A stretch of DNA of 64,000 nt from positions 64,001-128,000 of IMG/VR virus record IMGVR_UViG_3300005337_000001; one strand, written 5' to 3'. The stretch's first letter is position 1; the number at the start of each line of letters is the position of its first letter. Source of the DNA: a virus. Shown in pieces: positions 1-8,364 of the stretch. Under the pieces are notes generated by a model. It was not told the origin of the DNA. It saw only the letters and a list, made by a program, of their open reading frames with translations, and did no database searches. Both the position numbers and the translations under genes were made by a program.

Positions 1-333
1 GCCAGAGCAGCGGCATAGCCGCGGGTGCACAGCCTCTGGCGGCTTGTACACGTGCCCGGTGATGGGAAACTCGTTGGTCAGCGGAGCGACAGGGGCTTCG
101 AGCACGCTGAAGTTCTGCACGGGGTAAAGCGAAAACTTTGTCTTGAAGAAACGCGCTTGGTAGCTCACTGGTGCTAGCAGGTTGAACAGCACCTTGCCGT
201 CCGCATCGCTAGTGCCCTGCATGAGAAACGTGACGCCCGTGCTGTCGAAGACTCGAACCACCACACCGGGCACCGGCGTCTTAGCTGGATCGTCGTCGGT
301 GCAGATGATGGTGACGAGCTCGAAAGACGACAT
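1..333 (-). CDS. Putative virion structural protein (beta-rich), partial, runs off window
   Basis: Own translation: MSSFELVTIICTDDDPAKTPVPGVVVRVFDSTGVTFLMQGTSDADGKV...; ATG overlaps the upstream TGA (TGATG); open to base 1. Confidence 0.55.
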   Translation of the reverse strand, partial: MSSFELVTIICTDDDPAKTPVPGVVVRVFDSTGVTFLMQGTSDADGKVLFNLLAPVSYQARFFKTKFSLYPVQNFSVLEAPVAPLTNEFPITGHVYKPPEAVHPRLCRCSG

Positions 334-764
334 CAGGAATTCCTCCACTCCATAAGCGGGACCATCGGTGGAACCATATTGAGCGTGTCGCCAGCTGCCG
401 GTACGTACGACATCTGCACGCGCTTCAAGCCATTGATGTTCAGAGCCAGGCGCATGCGCGCGCCGATGAGCCCGGCCTCGCGTAGGTACTGCTTTAGAGC
501 CACGCCCGTGCGGTGCGGGACTCGAATCGTACGCAGCTGGCGCGCGACCATGAGCCGAATGATTAGGGTGGGGGGCGTCTCCGAGTCGTTCTGATCTTCG
601 GCGTCCGAATTACCCATCGGCGCCGCTTGGACCTGCAAAGGGATGAACGTAACGCCGCTTGCCAGCGGAGTTGGTCGACCAACGCCTTTGGCCTCGAATT
701 CGTCTCGAGAGACTTGTTCAGGCCACATCCCACCGGTTCTCGGAGAGCCCCCCATAGGTTGCAT
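333..764 (-). CDS. Protein with C-terminal ubiquitin-like (ThiS/MoaD-type beta-grasp) domain
   Basis: LIIRLMV-LRTIRVP-ALKQYLREAGL-LALNING-YVPAAGDTLNMVPP pattern; no terminal GG. Confidence 0.5.
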   Translation of the reverse strand: MQPMGGSPRTGGMWPEQVSRDEFEAKGVGRPTPLASGVTFIPLQVQAAPMGNSDAEDQNDSETPPTLIIRLMVARQLRTIRVPHRTGVALKQYLREAGLIGARMRLALNINGLKRVQMSYVPAAGDTLNMVPPMVPLMEWRNS

Positions 765-1798
765 CAGAAACTCCTGCGCTCCATGGTCGGGATCTGGGGG
801 ACGCGAGCGCGGAAGTAATCGTCTTGCGTAGCGAACTTGGCGTCGACTAGCAAGAAAGAAGTGACGGTCTGGTCTGTCGGGGTAACGATCTCCTTGGCGA
901 GGTTGGTGCCAGCAATGGCCAGCGTGTACGTTTGCCCACGCACCAGCGTGAATTCAACGTGGCCGTTGACATCCGTCTTCCTCATCAAGTCCTGGCCAGC
1001 CACGAGCTTGCCGGAGATGAGCTGCCCAACGAAAGGCGAACGCAGTGAAACTTCGATGCCAATCACCGGTGTGCCGTCGAGCGCAATCAGGTCGAGGTAG
1101 CCGAGCACTACGCTGGTCGAGTCGATACCGACCGCCAAGCTGGCGCTGTAGGTCTGGCTGAACGCGCTGGCGGTGTTGGTGAAGCGATTGCGGAAGCGTG
1201 TCTTGTAGAAGAAGGTACTGGCGCCCGCTTTGTCGTTGAAGGTGTAGCGGTTGACGCCTACCAAAAGAGGGATGCGAGCTTCGGTACCGAACGCGAAGTC
1301 GTCGGGCGCTGTCGTAGGCAGGCCTAGAAAAGAAGCTGCGTCGCTGGCGATCACGCGGAGCGTGGCTCCAGTGCCAGGCTCCGCTGTCTCCACAACCAGC
1401 TTCACGTTTTCGTCCACCCAGGAGCGCAGAAGGCCGAGGCTCTGCGCTGCGATTTGAACAGCGGCTTGCGCCAAGGTGAGCGGGTCCGAGCCGGTGAACG
1501 TGATGGACACCGGAGTCTTCTCGTTGAGCAAGAACTCGAGTGTCAGCCCAACCACGTTCACGTCGGGCCCCGTTTCCGGTGAAGCCGGAGGATCGAGGCC
1601 CACTCGTGGTAGGCGCGCGCCGCGCCACACGTCGCCGGTCAGCTCTTCGTACGGTCCACTCTCCGTGCCCCGCGACCGCCACACTTCGATGGTGTCGAAG
1701 CGTCCGACGAAATCGCCGTCGAGGGCGGTGATGTTCAGCGTCACCACCTCGAAGGCTGTGGAGCTCAGCGGACCTGGAGGGCTGACCGTGAAAAACAT
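764..1798 (-). CDS. Putative virion structural protein
   Basis: 344 aa, Thr/beta-rich, contains a module shared with the tail sheath; coupled to neighbours. Confidence 0.55.
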   Translation of the reverse strand: MFFTVSPPGPLSSTAFEVVTLNITALDGDFVGRFDTIEVWRSRGTESGPYEELTGDVWRGARLPRVGLDPPASPETGPDVNVVGLTLEFLLNEKTPVSITFTGSDPLTLAQAAVQIAAQSLGLLRSWVDENVKLVVETAEPGTGATLRVIASDAASFLGLPTTAPDDFAFGTEARIPLLVGVNRYTFNDKAGASTFFYKTRFRNRFTNTASAFSQTYSASLAVGIDSTSVVLGYLDLIALDGTPVIGIEVSLRSPFVGQLISGKLVAGQDLMRKTDVNGHVEFTLVRGQTYTLAIAGTNLAKEIVTPTDQTVTSFLLVDAKFATQDDYFRARVPQIPTMERRSF

Positions 1799-1801
1799 GA
1801 A

Positions 1802-2197
1802 CTATCTTCGCACGAGAGGAACGCGTGGCACCAAGTAGCCGTCGTCGGTGACTTTGTTGGCGCGCATGTCGACCCCGTACTTCGCCCCGAGCTTAGTGAG
1901 AAGCTCGCTGGCTTCGAAGCCAATCTGGTTTGCCTCACCCTGCGATCGTTGAAGCTCCCTGGTGTACATGGTGACCTGGAGCTCCGCGTAACTGGCGCGA
2001 GACCCCAGCAGTTTGTACTCCAGAAGATCTTCCCTGTCGATCTTGATGGGCGCCGACGGCTCGGTGGGCGTGGACGCCTCTTGTGCGCCAAAAGCTGCTT
2101 CGGCCTGCTGTACGACGCGGTCGAGTTGATCCTCCATTCCCTGCGCCACTTCGGGACTCGGCGGCCCTCCACCCAATCTATTTTCTGAGCTTTCCAT
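1802..2197 (-). CDS. Hypothetical protein
   Basis: 131-aa ORF in operon, natural composition. Confidence 0.6.
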   Translation of the reverse strand: MESSENRLGGGPPSPEVAQGMEDQLDRVVQQAEAAFGAQEASTPTEPSAPIKIDREDLLEYKLLGSRASYAELQVTMYTRELQRSQGEANQIGFEASELLTKLGAKYGVDMRANKVTDDGYLVPRVPLVRR

Positions 2198-2199
2198 GG

Positions 2200-2415
2200 T
2201 TATCCTGTCAAGAATTCATCGATTTTGCCAACGACCAGACCCACTGACTGCTGCACCGAAGCTTGGGCCAGGCGGTCTGAACCCGTACGTCCGCGCAGAA
2301 TCTGTTTGTTTTGGTCAACCCTGTGGGTGAGCGTCTTACGTTGTGCGGCAGCGTACTGCTTTACAGCTTTCTCGAGCTCGTCGAGACGCGCATTCCTCTC
2401 GGCGGTTGTCGCCAT
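2200..2415 (-). CDS. Hypothetical helical protein
   Basis: 71 aa; TAAGAT hexamer 6 nt upstream of ATG (leaderless-type). Confidence 0.55.
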   Translation of the reverse strand: MATTAERNARLDELEKAVKQYAAAQRKTLTHRVDQNKQILRGRTGSDRLAQASVQQSVGLVVGKIDEFLTG

Positions 2416-3119
2416 CCCAAGATCTTACCCGGCTGGGTCTTGGTTTGCGACGGTTTTGATGAAGCGGTGCCGTTCATCCCGAACTTCGCAGCCACTTCTT
2501 GAACGTTTCGGTAGCTGAACCGATGAATCGGGCAGGGCCCCCACCGCTGTAGGCCCGCCATGTGCTGGTCGGTGCCGTAGCCCACGTTGGTGTGGAAGCC
2601 GTAGTTTTTGTACTCATCGGCTGCCAAGATCATGAGCTCGTCGCGGTCGGCCTTTGCCAGGATGCTCGCTGCGCTCACGGCTTTCACCAGGTTGTCGGCC
2701 TTGGGCATGCAGATGACGTTCTGCACGTCGGACGGCAATGAGCTGCCGTCCATGACTGCCAAAGCGTCTGGGTAGAGCACACGGCAAGCTTCAATCGTTT
2801 TACGAACAAGGTCGTCGCGCGCGCGGATCACCCCTATGTAATCGATGACCATGCTGCTGTGGTTCATGATGACGTGGAACGGAACCGCCGGCGGCAAGAG
2901 CACCTCTTTCACCAGACGTACGTGCTGCGGACGCTCGAGCTTCTTCGAGTCCATCACCTGCGGGTGGTTCCAATCTGCGTAGGCCACGGCCGCACACACA
3001 GTCACAGGACCTGCGATGCAGCCGTAACCCACTTCGTCGACGCCGATGATGAGCTGGTGCCCACGCTTTCGAATCTCAGCAAGCCCTCGCTCTTGTAGCT
3101 GCCGCGTTGTTGGTTGCAT
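2361..3119 (-). CDS. rnhB: Ribonuclease HII
   Basis: IIGVDEVGYGCIAGP, DSKKL, MDG, KAD, VSAASILAK, GYGT, PIHRFSY motifs. Confidence 0.9.
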   Translation of the reverse strand: MQPTTRQLQERGLAEIRKRGHQLIIGVDEVGYGCIAGPVTVCAAVAYADWNHPQVMDSKKLERPQHVRLVKEVLLPPAVPFHVIMNHSSMVIDYIGVIRARDDLVRKTIEACRVLYPDALAVMDGSSLPSDVQNVICMPKADNLVKAVSAASILAKADRDELMILAADEYKNYGFHTNVGYGTDQHMAGLQRWGPCPIHRFSYRNVQEVAAKFGMNGTASSKPSQTKTQPGKILGWRQPPRGMRVSTSSRKL

Positions 3120-3136
3120 GAGCCTCCAGCTCGTCT

Positions 3137-4162
3137 CTACTCTTTCTTCTTAACCACGGGTACGTACTTTGCAGCCTCGTTGGCGAAGTACTGCGCCGTC
3201 TTGGCCTTGCTCAAGTCGAGCTCGAATGCTTCCGGCTCCCAGCTGACAGCTGGGTCGAAGGCCGCCAACAAGTCTTCCCATTCACGCTTGGATAGACCGG
3301 CTTCCGTAGCTTCCGTCTCGAAGAGCTGTTGATTGCCTGAAACCAACCGAACAATACCCTCAGCTGGTGTGCACTTCGAGATGAAGTAGTTGTTCAGCAG
3401 CTTCATCTCCATGCGGCTGAACGTACGTGATTGGTACTTGTAGTCGACCCAGGCTTCGAAGGCCATTGGCGCCAGGATCTTGGCAATGGCGGCCTTGATG
3501 CGAGCCGTCTCTTGAATCTCCCACTGCGCGTGCTTGTCGACACGTAGCTTCAAGAAGTCGAGGCAGTTCTTCAGGTCGATCTTCCAGTACCACTCGGTGT
3601 AAAGCGAGAGCGGCAGGTGCATGCGCGCCAGCTCACGCGCTAGGTCCACTTCTTCCGCAATCATTGCCTCATACAGCTCAGCGGACTCACGCTGCAGACG
3701 CCGCGTGTTCAAGTCGAACACCTTCTGCGCCATCGCGCTGATGGGCTCGCCACGCCCCTGCTTGTTCTTCTTGCTCTGCGATCCCAGGTTCTCGGGCAGC
3801 GGGTTGTAGAACTGCATCGGTGCCAACGAGTACCTCATTGAGTACTCGTTCACGCTGGCGGTCCGGTGACGAATTAGCTGCCGCGCTACGAATATGGGTA
3901 GCTTCACGTGGAACTTCAGCTCCACCATCTCAAAAGGCGTGGTGTGGTTGTGGCGCATGAGGTAGCGCAGCACGCCCCGCGTCTCGCTGATCTTGCGCGT
4001 GCCGGCGCCATAGCTCACGCGCGCGGCCTGCTCGATGGCAAGGTCGTCGCCCATCGAATCCACCAAGGCAACGAAGCCGTGATCAAGCACGGGGAAATAC
4101 ATCCCCTTCAAACGGTCACGCAGCGGCAGCTGCTCTTCCATAGCTTCATTTAGGTCCGACAT
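3137..4162 (-). CDS. thyX: Flavin-dependent thymidylate synthase
   Basis: HTTPFE, PIFVARQLIRHRTASVNEYSMRY (RHRx7S), ELARMHLP, HAQWEI. Confidence 0.95.
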   Translation of the reverse strand: MSDLNEAMEEQLPLRDRLKGMYFPVLDHGFVALVDSMGDDLAIEQAARVSYGAGTRKISETRGVLRYLMRHNHTTPFEMVELKFHVKLPIFVARQLIRHRTASVNEYSMRYSLAPMQFYNPLPENLGSQSKKNKQGRGEPISAMAQKVFDLNTRRLQRESAELYEAMIAEEVDLARELARMHLPLSLYTEWYWKIDLKNCLDFLKLRVDKHAQWEIQETARIKAAIAKILAPMAFEAWVDYKYQSRTFSRMEMKLLNNYFISKCTPAEGIVRLVSGNQQLFETEATEAGLSKREWEDLLAAFDPAVSWEPEAFELDLSKAKTAQYFANEAAKYVPVVKKKE

Positions 4163-4514
4163 AGTCTTCGTTCTCCACTGGGTTGCCTGTGAAATAGATC
4201 TCGGTTGTGTTCCACTGCGATTCGAGAGAGCGCCACACTATTACGTAGCGCACCTTACCGTCGGGTCCGGGTGTGCCCTTCTCCGATACCATGACGAGCT
4301 TGCCTTCTTTTCTAGCTGGAGAGTGGGCCTGCTCGTCGCTGAGCGCCTCTTCCATCTCTTCGAGCAAGGCGCACTCGAGCGGAGCTCGTTGGTACGCCTC
4401 AGGCGGAGAGCCGCAAGTGCGGTCAGGGGTTGGTGACGTCCGACCGCACATCCTGCACACGAAGAGCGTCTTGCCACTCGGTGAAGTGGCGTAGAGCTCA
4501 ATCCAACGGCTCAT
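4146..4514 (-). CDS. Hypothetical Zn-binding protein
   Basis: CRMC...C...C; coupled to neighbours. Confidence 0.55.
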   Translation of the reverse strand: MSRWIELYATSPSGKTLFVCRMCGRTSPTPDRTCGSPPEAYQRAPLECALLEEMEEALSDEQAHSPARKEGKLVMVSEKGTPGPDGKVRYVIVWRSLESQWNTTEIYFTGNPVENEDYVGPK

Positions 4515-4801
4515 GCGCCGGGTACGGGACCCGGCGCGGGGGCTTGCGTCGCTGTCATTTGAGCCATGACAGCGTCCGTGAACGCTTTGGACGCGCGCTC
4601 ACCGAGCAGCATGGGGTTGAACAGAACGACGTCGTAGAAGACGGCAACACGCGGGCCGGCAGGCTCATCATACTTACGCTTAAACTGGTCGATGCGATAA
4701 GCCTGCATGCCCTCATCGACGTGTGCGTTGAGCACGTCTTCGAGCTTCTCGGCTTCCACGCCGAGCAAGACCTTCCAAACCTTCTTCGTTTCTTCAGCCA
4801 T
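4511..4801 (-). CDS. Hypothetical protein
   Basis: 96 aa, SD-like GGAAG upstream, ATGA coupling. Confidence 0.6.
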   Translation of the reverse strand: MAEETKKVWKVLLGVEAEKLEDVLNAHVDEGMQAYRIDQFKRKYDEPAGPRVAVFYDVVLFNPMLLGERASKAFTDAVMAQMTATQAPAPGPVPGA

Positions 4802-4809
4802 GTGCTTCC

Positions 4810-6015
4810 TTACTTCGACTTCTCTTCGATTTTCAAGAAGGTTCCTGCAGCCTGCTTCAACTGCATGCTTTCCGTAGCATCAGCCGTCTTCTCCGATAGG
4901 TGCGCCAGGATGGAAGCCGCCCACCACTTGGTAAGCAGGGGCTCGCCGTCGCTGCCAACGCCGGCCGAGGGGAGCTCTTGGATACGCTCCTTCATCATAT
5001 TTTCCACCGTGCCCATGTCCTTCTTGGACAAGAACTTGCTGAGGTGCTGCTTCATGTCGACCCAAGGCACCTTCTCGTCATGCGCAGCAGCTATGGCGTC
5101 AAGCACCTTCTTCACCTGCTCGGGCTTCATGACCTCGCGCACCGCGCTGATCGTGGCGGCAGCCACAGCCTCGAGCTCCTTCTTTGCCACCAGCTCGTCG
5201 AGCACTAGGTCCGTGTCTTCGACAACGGAGCCAAGATGCATGCGGCTGAAAGCGTCGTCGGTGACGAGGTTGCCCATGCCGTTCAGGCGCAGCACCGTGT
5301 GGCTGATCTTGAGCTTGCCCTGACCGAAGTCGCTATTGCTCCACGCTGTGCCAAGCGCCACGAATTCACCGGGGATGGGCTCGAAGGCGTAGGGCATGTA
5401 GCACTGCAGGTGCACCCGCATGTCTGTGATGGTGGCCTTGGCCGGCTCCACACCCACCGACTTGATGGCGGCCAGGAACGGCTGGAGCATGACATTGCTC
5501 AAGAGGTGGCGGTTGTAGCTCTGCGTGAGCACGGCGCGCAGCTCATCGTTCACGATGCGGTGCAGGAACTCAGCCGGCTTCTTCAACCGATTGATAAACT
5601 TCTGGTGCGAGAAGAGCTCGTTCAGGTTCTCCGCCAGGAGGCTGCGCTTCCACGCACCTTCGCTAGCTTCATCCAACTTACCGGCGTACTGACGAGGCAT
5701 CCCACCGTAGTCACAAAGCTGGCCTAGGGCGTGCCTGTGGATGCGGAGCGCTTCATGCCGACCTCCTCCCAAGTCGTAGTCGATGACGAGGGGACCGTTC
5801 TTCACCTCTTCGGTGGTGTTCATCTTGTCGGTGAACGGCGTGTCGAAGTGCATCTTACTGGGCGGTACGTACCGATCGCGCGGGATGTTCTTCGCACAGT
5901 ATTCGATGAGGCGCGTCTGCTCGTTCGCCCCCACTCGGATGTAAGCAAGCACACGGTCACGTGCTGCTTTGGATGCAGCAGTGTCCTTCAAATCGTAGTC
6001 GGCGGCTGTGGGCAC
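4810..6015 (-). CDS. DUF932-like phage protein
   Basis: 401 aa, GTG start after AAAGGAG; HALGQLCDYGGMPRQYAGKL, ELRAVLTQSY, AWSNSDFGQG resemble DUF932-type proteins (recalled, not searched). Confidence 0.5.
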   Translation of the reverse strand: MPTAADYDLKDTAASKAARDRVLAYIRVGANEQTRLIEYCAKNIPRDRYVPPSKMHFDTPFTDKMNTTEEVKNGPLVIDYDLGGGRHEALRIHRHALGQLCDYGGMPRQYAGKLDEASEGAWKRSLLAENLNELFSHQKFINRLKKPAEFLHRIVNDELRAVLTQSYNRHLLSNVMLQPFLAAIKSVGVEPAKATITDMRVHLQCYMPYAFEPIPGEFVALGTAWSNSDFGQGKLKISHTVLRLNGMGNLVTDDAFSRMHLGSVVEDTDLVLDELVAKKELEAVAAATISAVREVMKPEQVKKVLDAIAAAHDEKVPWVDMKQHLSKFLSKKDMGTVENMMKERIQELPSAGVGSDGEPLLTKWWAASILAHLSEKTADATESMQLKQAAGTFLKIEEKSK

Positions 6016-6057
6016 AGTCGCTCCTTTCTAACGTAGGTCACCGCTTGCGCGGCTACG

Positions 6058-6819
6058 TCACATGTGTTTCTTGATTTTGGCTGCGATGGACGTCTTGAGC
6101 CGAGAGATCTTCGGCTGCGAATGTCCCAGCTGCGTAGCGAGTGTCGTCGTATCGGTGATGCGCTTCACCCCGTTGCCGTAAATGTGGTTGAACACCTGCG
6201 CCTCGTCGGGCGTCAGGTAGTCGTGTGGCGTGCGCTGCATGAGTCGGATGACGTCCGCCTCACGTGAAGTACCGAAGGCGCCTGGGTCCGTCTCGAACTT
6301 GCTGGACGGCACGTCGTTGCGCATCGCCTTCATCAAGCTCGTGACCTTGGCCGTAGGCATGTCCAGGCGCTCGCCGAGCTCGGCGTGCGTCGGGGCGCGC
6401 CCGAACTCCTCGGTCAGCTGGTTCTGCGCCTGCTGCAGCGGGCCAATGTTCTTGGCTTGTCCCTCGGGGATGTAGCCAACGTTCTGGTGCTTGGCGTTGA
6501 ATCGCTTGGCCTTTTGGATGCGGTTCTGCACGTGCGTGTTGAAAGCCACGCCGCGCTCGGGGTCGAATGTCTGCGCTGCACCGATAAAATGCTTCGTGAG
6601 CTCGGCCTTGAACGCAGCCGGTGCCACCGCCGGCGCGCGCCACTCCCGCTCCTTGCGGTTGATGAGCGGCTGATAGCGCTGCATCAATGGTTGCAGCAGC
6701 TCCGGCGTACGCCCGCCCTGATCCCAGGCATGCCAAAGCCGGAGGTCGCCTTCTGCCTTGTCGGCGGCAACCTTCGTCTTCAAGCTGAGGAAATCCTCAG
6801 CTGGATTCGTCTTGGGCAC
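6058..6819 (-). CDS. RNA polymerase sigma factor (group 3, FliA/WhiG/SigF-like)
   Basis: Region 2 FDPERGVAFNTHVQNRI; region 3 LTEEFGRAPTHAELGERLDM; region 4 HTH LATQLGHSQPKISRL. Confidence 0.9.
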   Translation of the reverse strand: MPKTNPAEDFLSLKTKVAADKAEGDLRLWHAWDQGGRTPELLQPLMQRYQPLINRKEREWRAPAVAPAAFKAELTKHFIGAAQTFDPERGVAFNTHVQNRIQKAKRFNAKHQNVGYIPEGQAKNIGPLQQAQNQLTEEFGRAPTHAELGERLDMPTAKVTSLMKAMRNDVPSSKFETDPGAFGTSREADVIRLMQRTPHDYLTPDEAQVFNHIYGNGVKRITDTTTLATQLGHSQPKISRLKTSIAAKIKKHM

Positions 6820-6824
6820 GGCGT

Positions 6825-7301
6825 TCAGAAGCGACCAGTGGCGCGACGCACGCGGTCGGCCAGCGTCGGGGCTGGGGCAGCTGCTTCCTTGGCTTTGCCT
6901 AGAAGCAGAGCGGAGTGAGTAGTGAAGCGCCCGGTCTTGGCGTGGTCGAAGAGCGCGTTCACAGCAGCGCCGTCTTGCCGCTCGGCGGCTGGCATCTTGG
7001 CGAACGCCTTGCCCAGCGCTCCCGTGCGATCCTTCTGGCTCTCGGCGTAGGTGGCATCGTTGTGGTGGTTGAGCTCACCCTTGGTCTCCACGCCCCAGCG
7101 CGAGTCTAGGTTCTGACCATCCTTGCGGTCCGGTGGGTCAGCGTACAAGTCCACTGCCGGTTTCTTCGGCGTGGCCTCGTTGTCATCCGGCTTGATACCA
7201 CCCTCCGCTTCTTTTTGAAGCCAAGCACCAAGCTCGCTCTGGTGAGCGGGACGGTAGTTGGCAGCCAAAATCTCGATGGGCTTATCGTCGGTTAGGGCCA
7301 T
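6825..7301 (-). CDS. Hypothetical protein, possible head-associated (K-x-A motifs)
   Basis: 158 aa; GAGGA SD; WLQKEAE motif; TATCAT at 7318-7323. Confidence 0.55.
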   Translation of the reverse strand: MALTDDKPIEILAANYRPAHQSELGAWLQKEAEGGIKPDDNEATPKKPAVDLYADPPDRKDGQNLDSRWGVETKGELNHHNDATYAESQKDRTGALGKAFAKMPAAERQDGAAVNALFDHAKTGRFTTHSALLLGKAKEAAAPAPTLADRVRRATGRF

Positions 7302-7339
7302 TGATTCCTCACTGTGAATGATACACCACCTTTTCGTAG

Positions 7340-7750
7340 TTACCCACCTGCCTTGCGCCTACGCTTATACTGCTCACGTTCGAGCGCATTATCTTCGAGG
7401 TCGTCTTCGATACTTTGTAGTAGCCCACGAAGCCGCGCGTTCTCTGTTTCTTTCTCGGCGTTGAGTGCTTCCAGCTGGGTGCAGCGGCGCTGCGCCTGCT
7501 GGAGCGTCTCCATGGTCCTGTCGAGCTCGGCGCCGATGGCGTCCACTATTTCCTCGGCGAGCTCCCCGAAGATCTTGAAGCCGTCGAGCTTCTTGACCGC
7601 TTCATCCCACATGCGTGGGTCGGTGAACTCGCAGCGCAGCTTGATGATGCCGTGCTGCGTACCAGCGACTGTTTTACCAGCCTTGGTGGCGTCTTCCACC
7701 CGCAGCTGCAGGCCCGGCATTTCCTTCTTTACGTCGGCAGTGGTTCCCAT
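7340..7750 (-). CDS. Hypothetical coiled-coil protein
   Basis: 136 aa, heptad-rich C-terminus. Confidence 0.55.
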   Translation of the reverse strand: MGTTADVKKEMPGLQLRVEDATKAGKTVAGTQHGIIKLRCEFTDPRMWDEAVKKLDGFKIFGELAEEIVDAIGAELDRTMETLQQAQRRCTQLEALNAEKETENARLRGLLQSIEDDLEDNALEREQYKRRRKAGG

Positions 7751-8319
7751 GCGCGTCGACCCATTCCTTCATTTTGTGCCAGCAGCTCCTCGGCGAAGCG
7801 CAGCATGTCTTCGATATGAAACTTCGAGACGTGCGCAGCAAGCGCCAATCGCTTGCCGACACGAGTCAAAGTCACCTCGGGATTTTTCAGAGACTGACGC
7901 AAGATGACGCACGCCTCACAGACCAGCTTGAAGAGCTCAGCGTTCTGATGATTTGTATCGTGCTTGATTTGCTCAACACCACGAGGACGTGACGCCAGGT
8001 AGTAGTACTCGGTCACCTCCGCCAGTAAGTCATCGCGCACCTCGTTGGCCTGCTCGAGCACATAGTTCAAGCCCTCGCGTGAGCGCTCCCAGGAAAGCCA
8101 CTTCAAAGTTTGCGGATCTTTCACGAAGCGCCACACCATGAGCTCGATGCTATAGAAAGCGCGTAGGTGCTGAACGCTACGAGAGCTGCCACCGTGAGCA
8201 GCACGCTCTCCCATCTCTTCAAGCGGCTCGAGCCACAGCTCGTTCTGCACCAACGTCAAATCGTAGAGGTTCCGCACGGTGTTGAGATACGCGCGCGTCA
8301 CCGGGCATGTAGTGTCCAT
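7729..8319 (-). CDS. Hypothetical helical protein
   Basis: 196 aa, GGAGGT SD, follows ATAAGA promoter motif. Confidence 0.55.
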   Translation of the reverse strand: MDTTCPVTRAYLNTVRNLYDLTLVQNELWLEPLEEMGERAAHGGSSRSVQHLRAFYSIELMVWRFVKDPQTLKWLSWERSREGLNYVLEQANEVRDDLLAEVTEYYYLASRPRGVEQIKHDTNHQNAELFKLVCEACVILRQSLKNPEVTLTRVGKRLALAAHVSKFHIEDMLRFAEELLAQNEGMGRRAWEPLPT

Positions 8320-8335
8320 GCATCACCTCCATGGG

Positions 8336-8364
8336 TCTTATCCCGGGGGTAGTGCAGGAGTTGC
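8336..8364 (-). promoter_or_regulatory. Class I promoter motif GCAACT-N17-ATAAGA
   Basis: Matches the motif at 22242, 22855, 23862 and 40259 with identical spacing; TAA is also the stop of the upstream gene. Confidence 0.6.
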
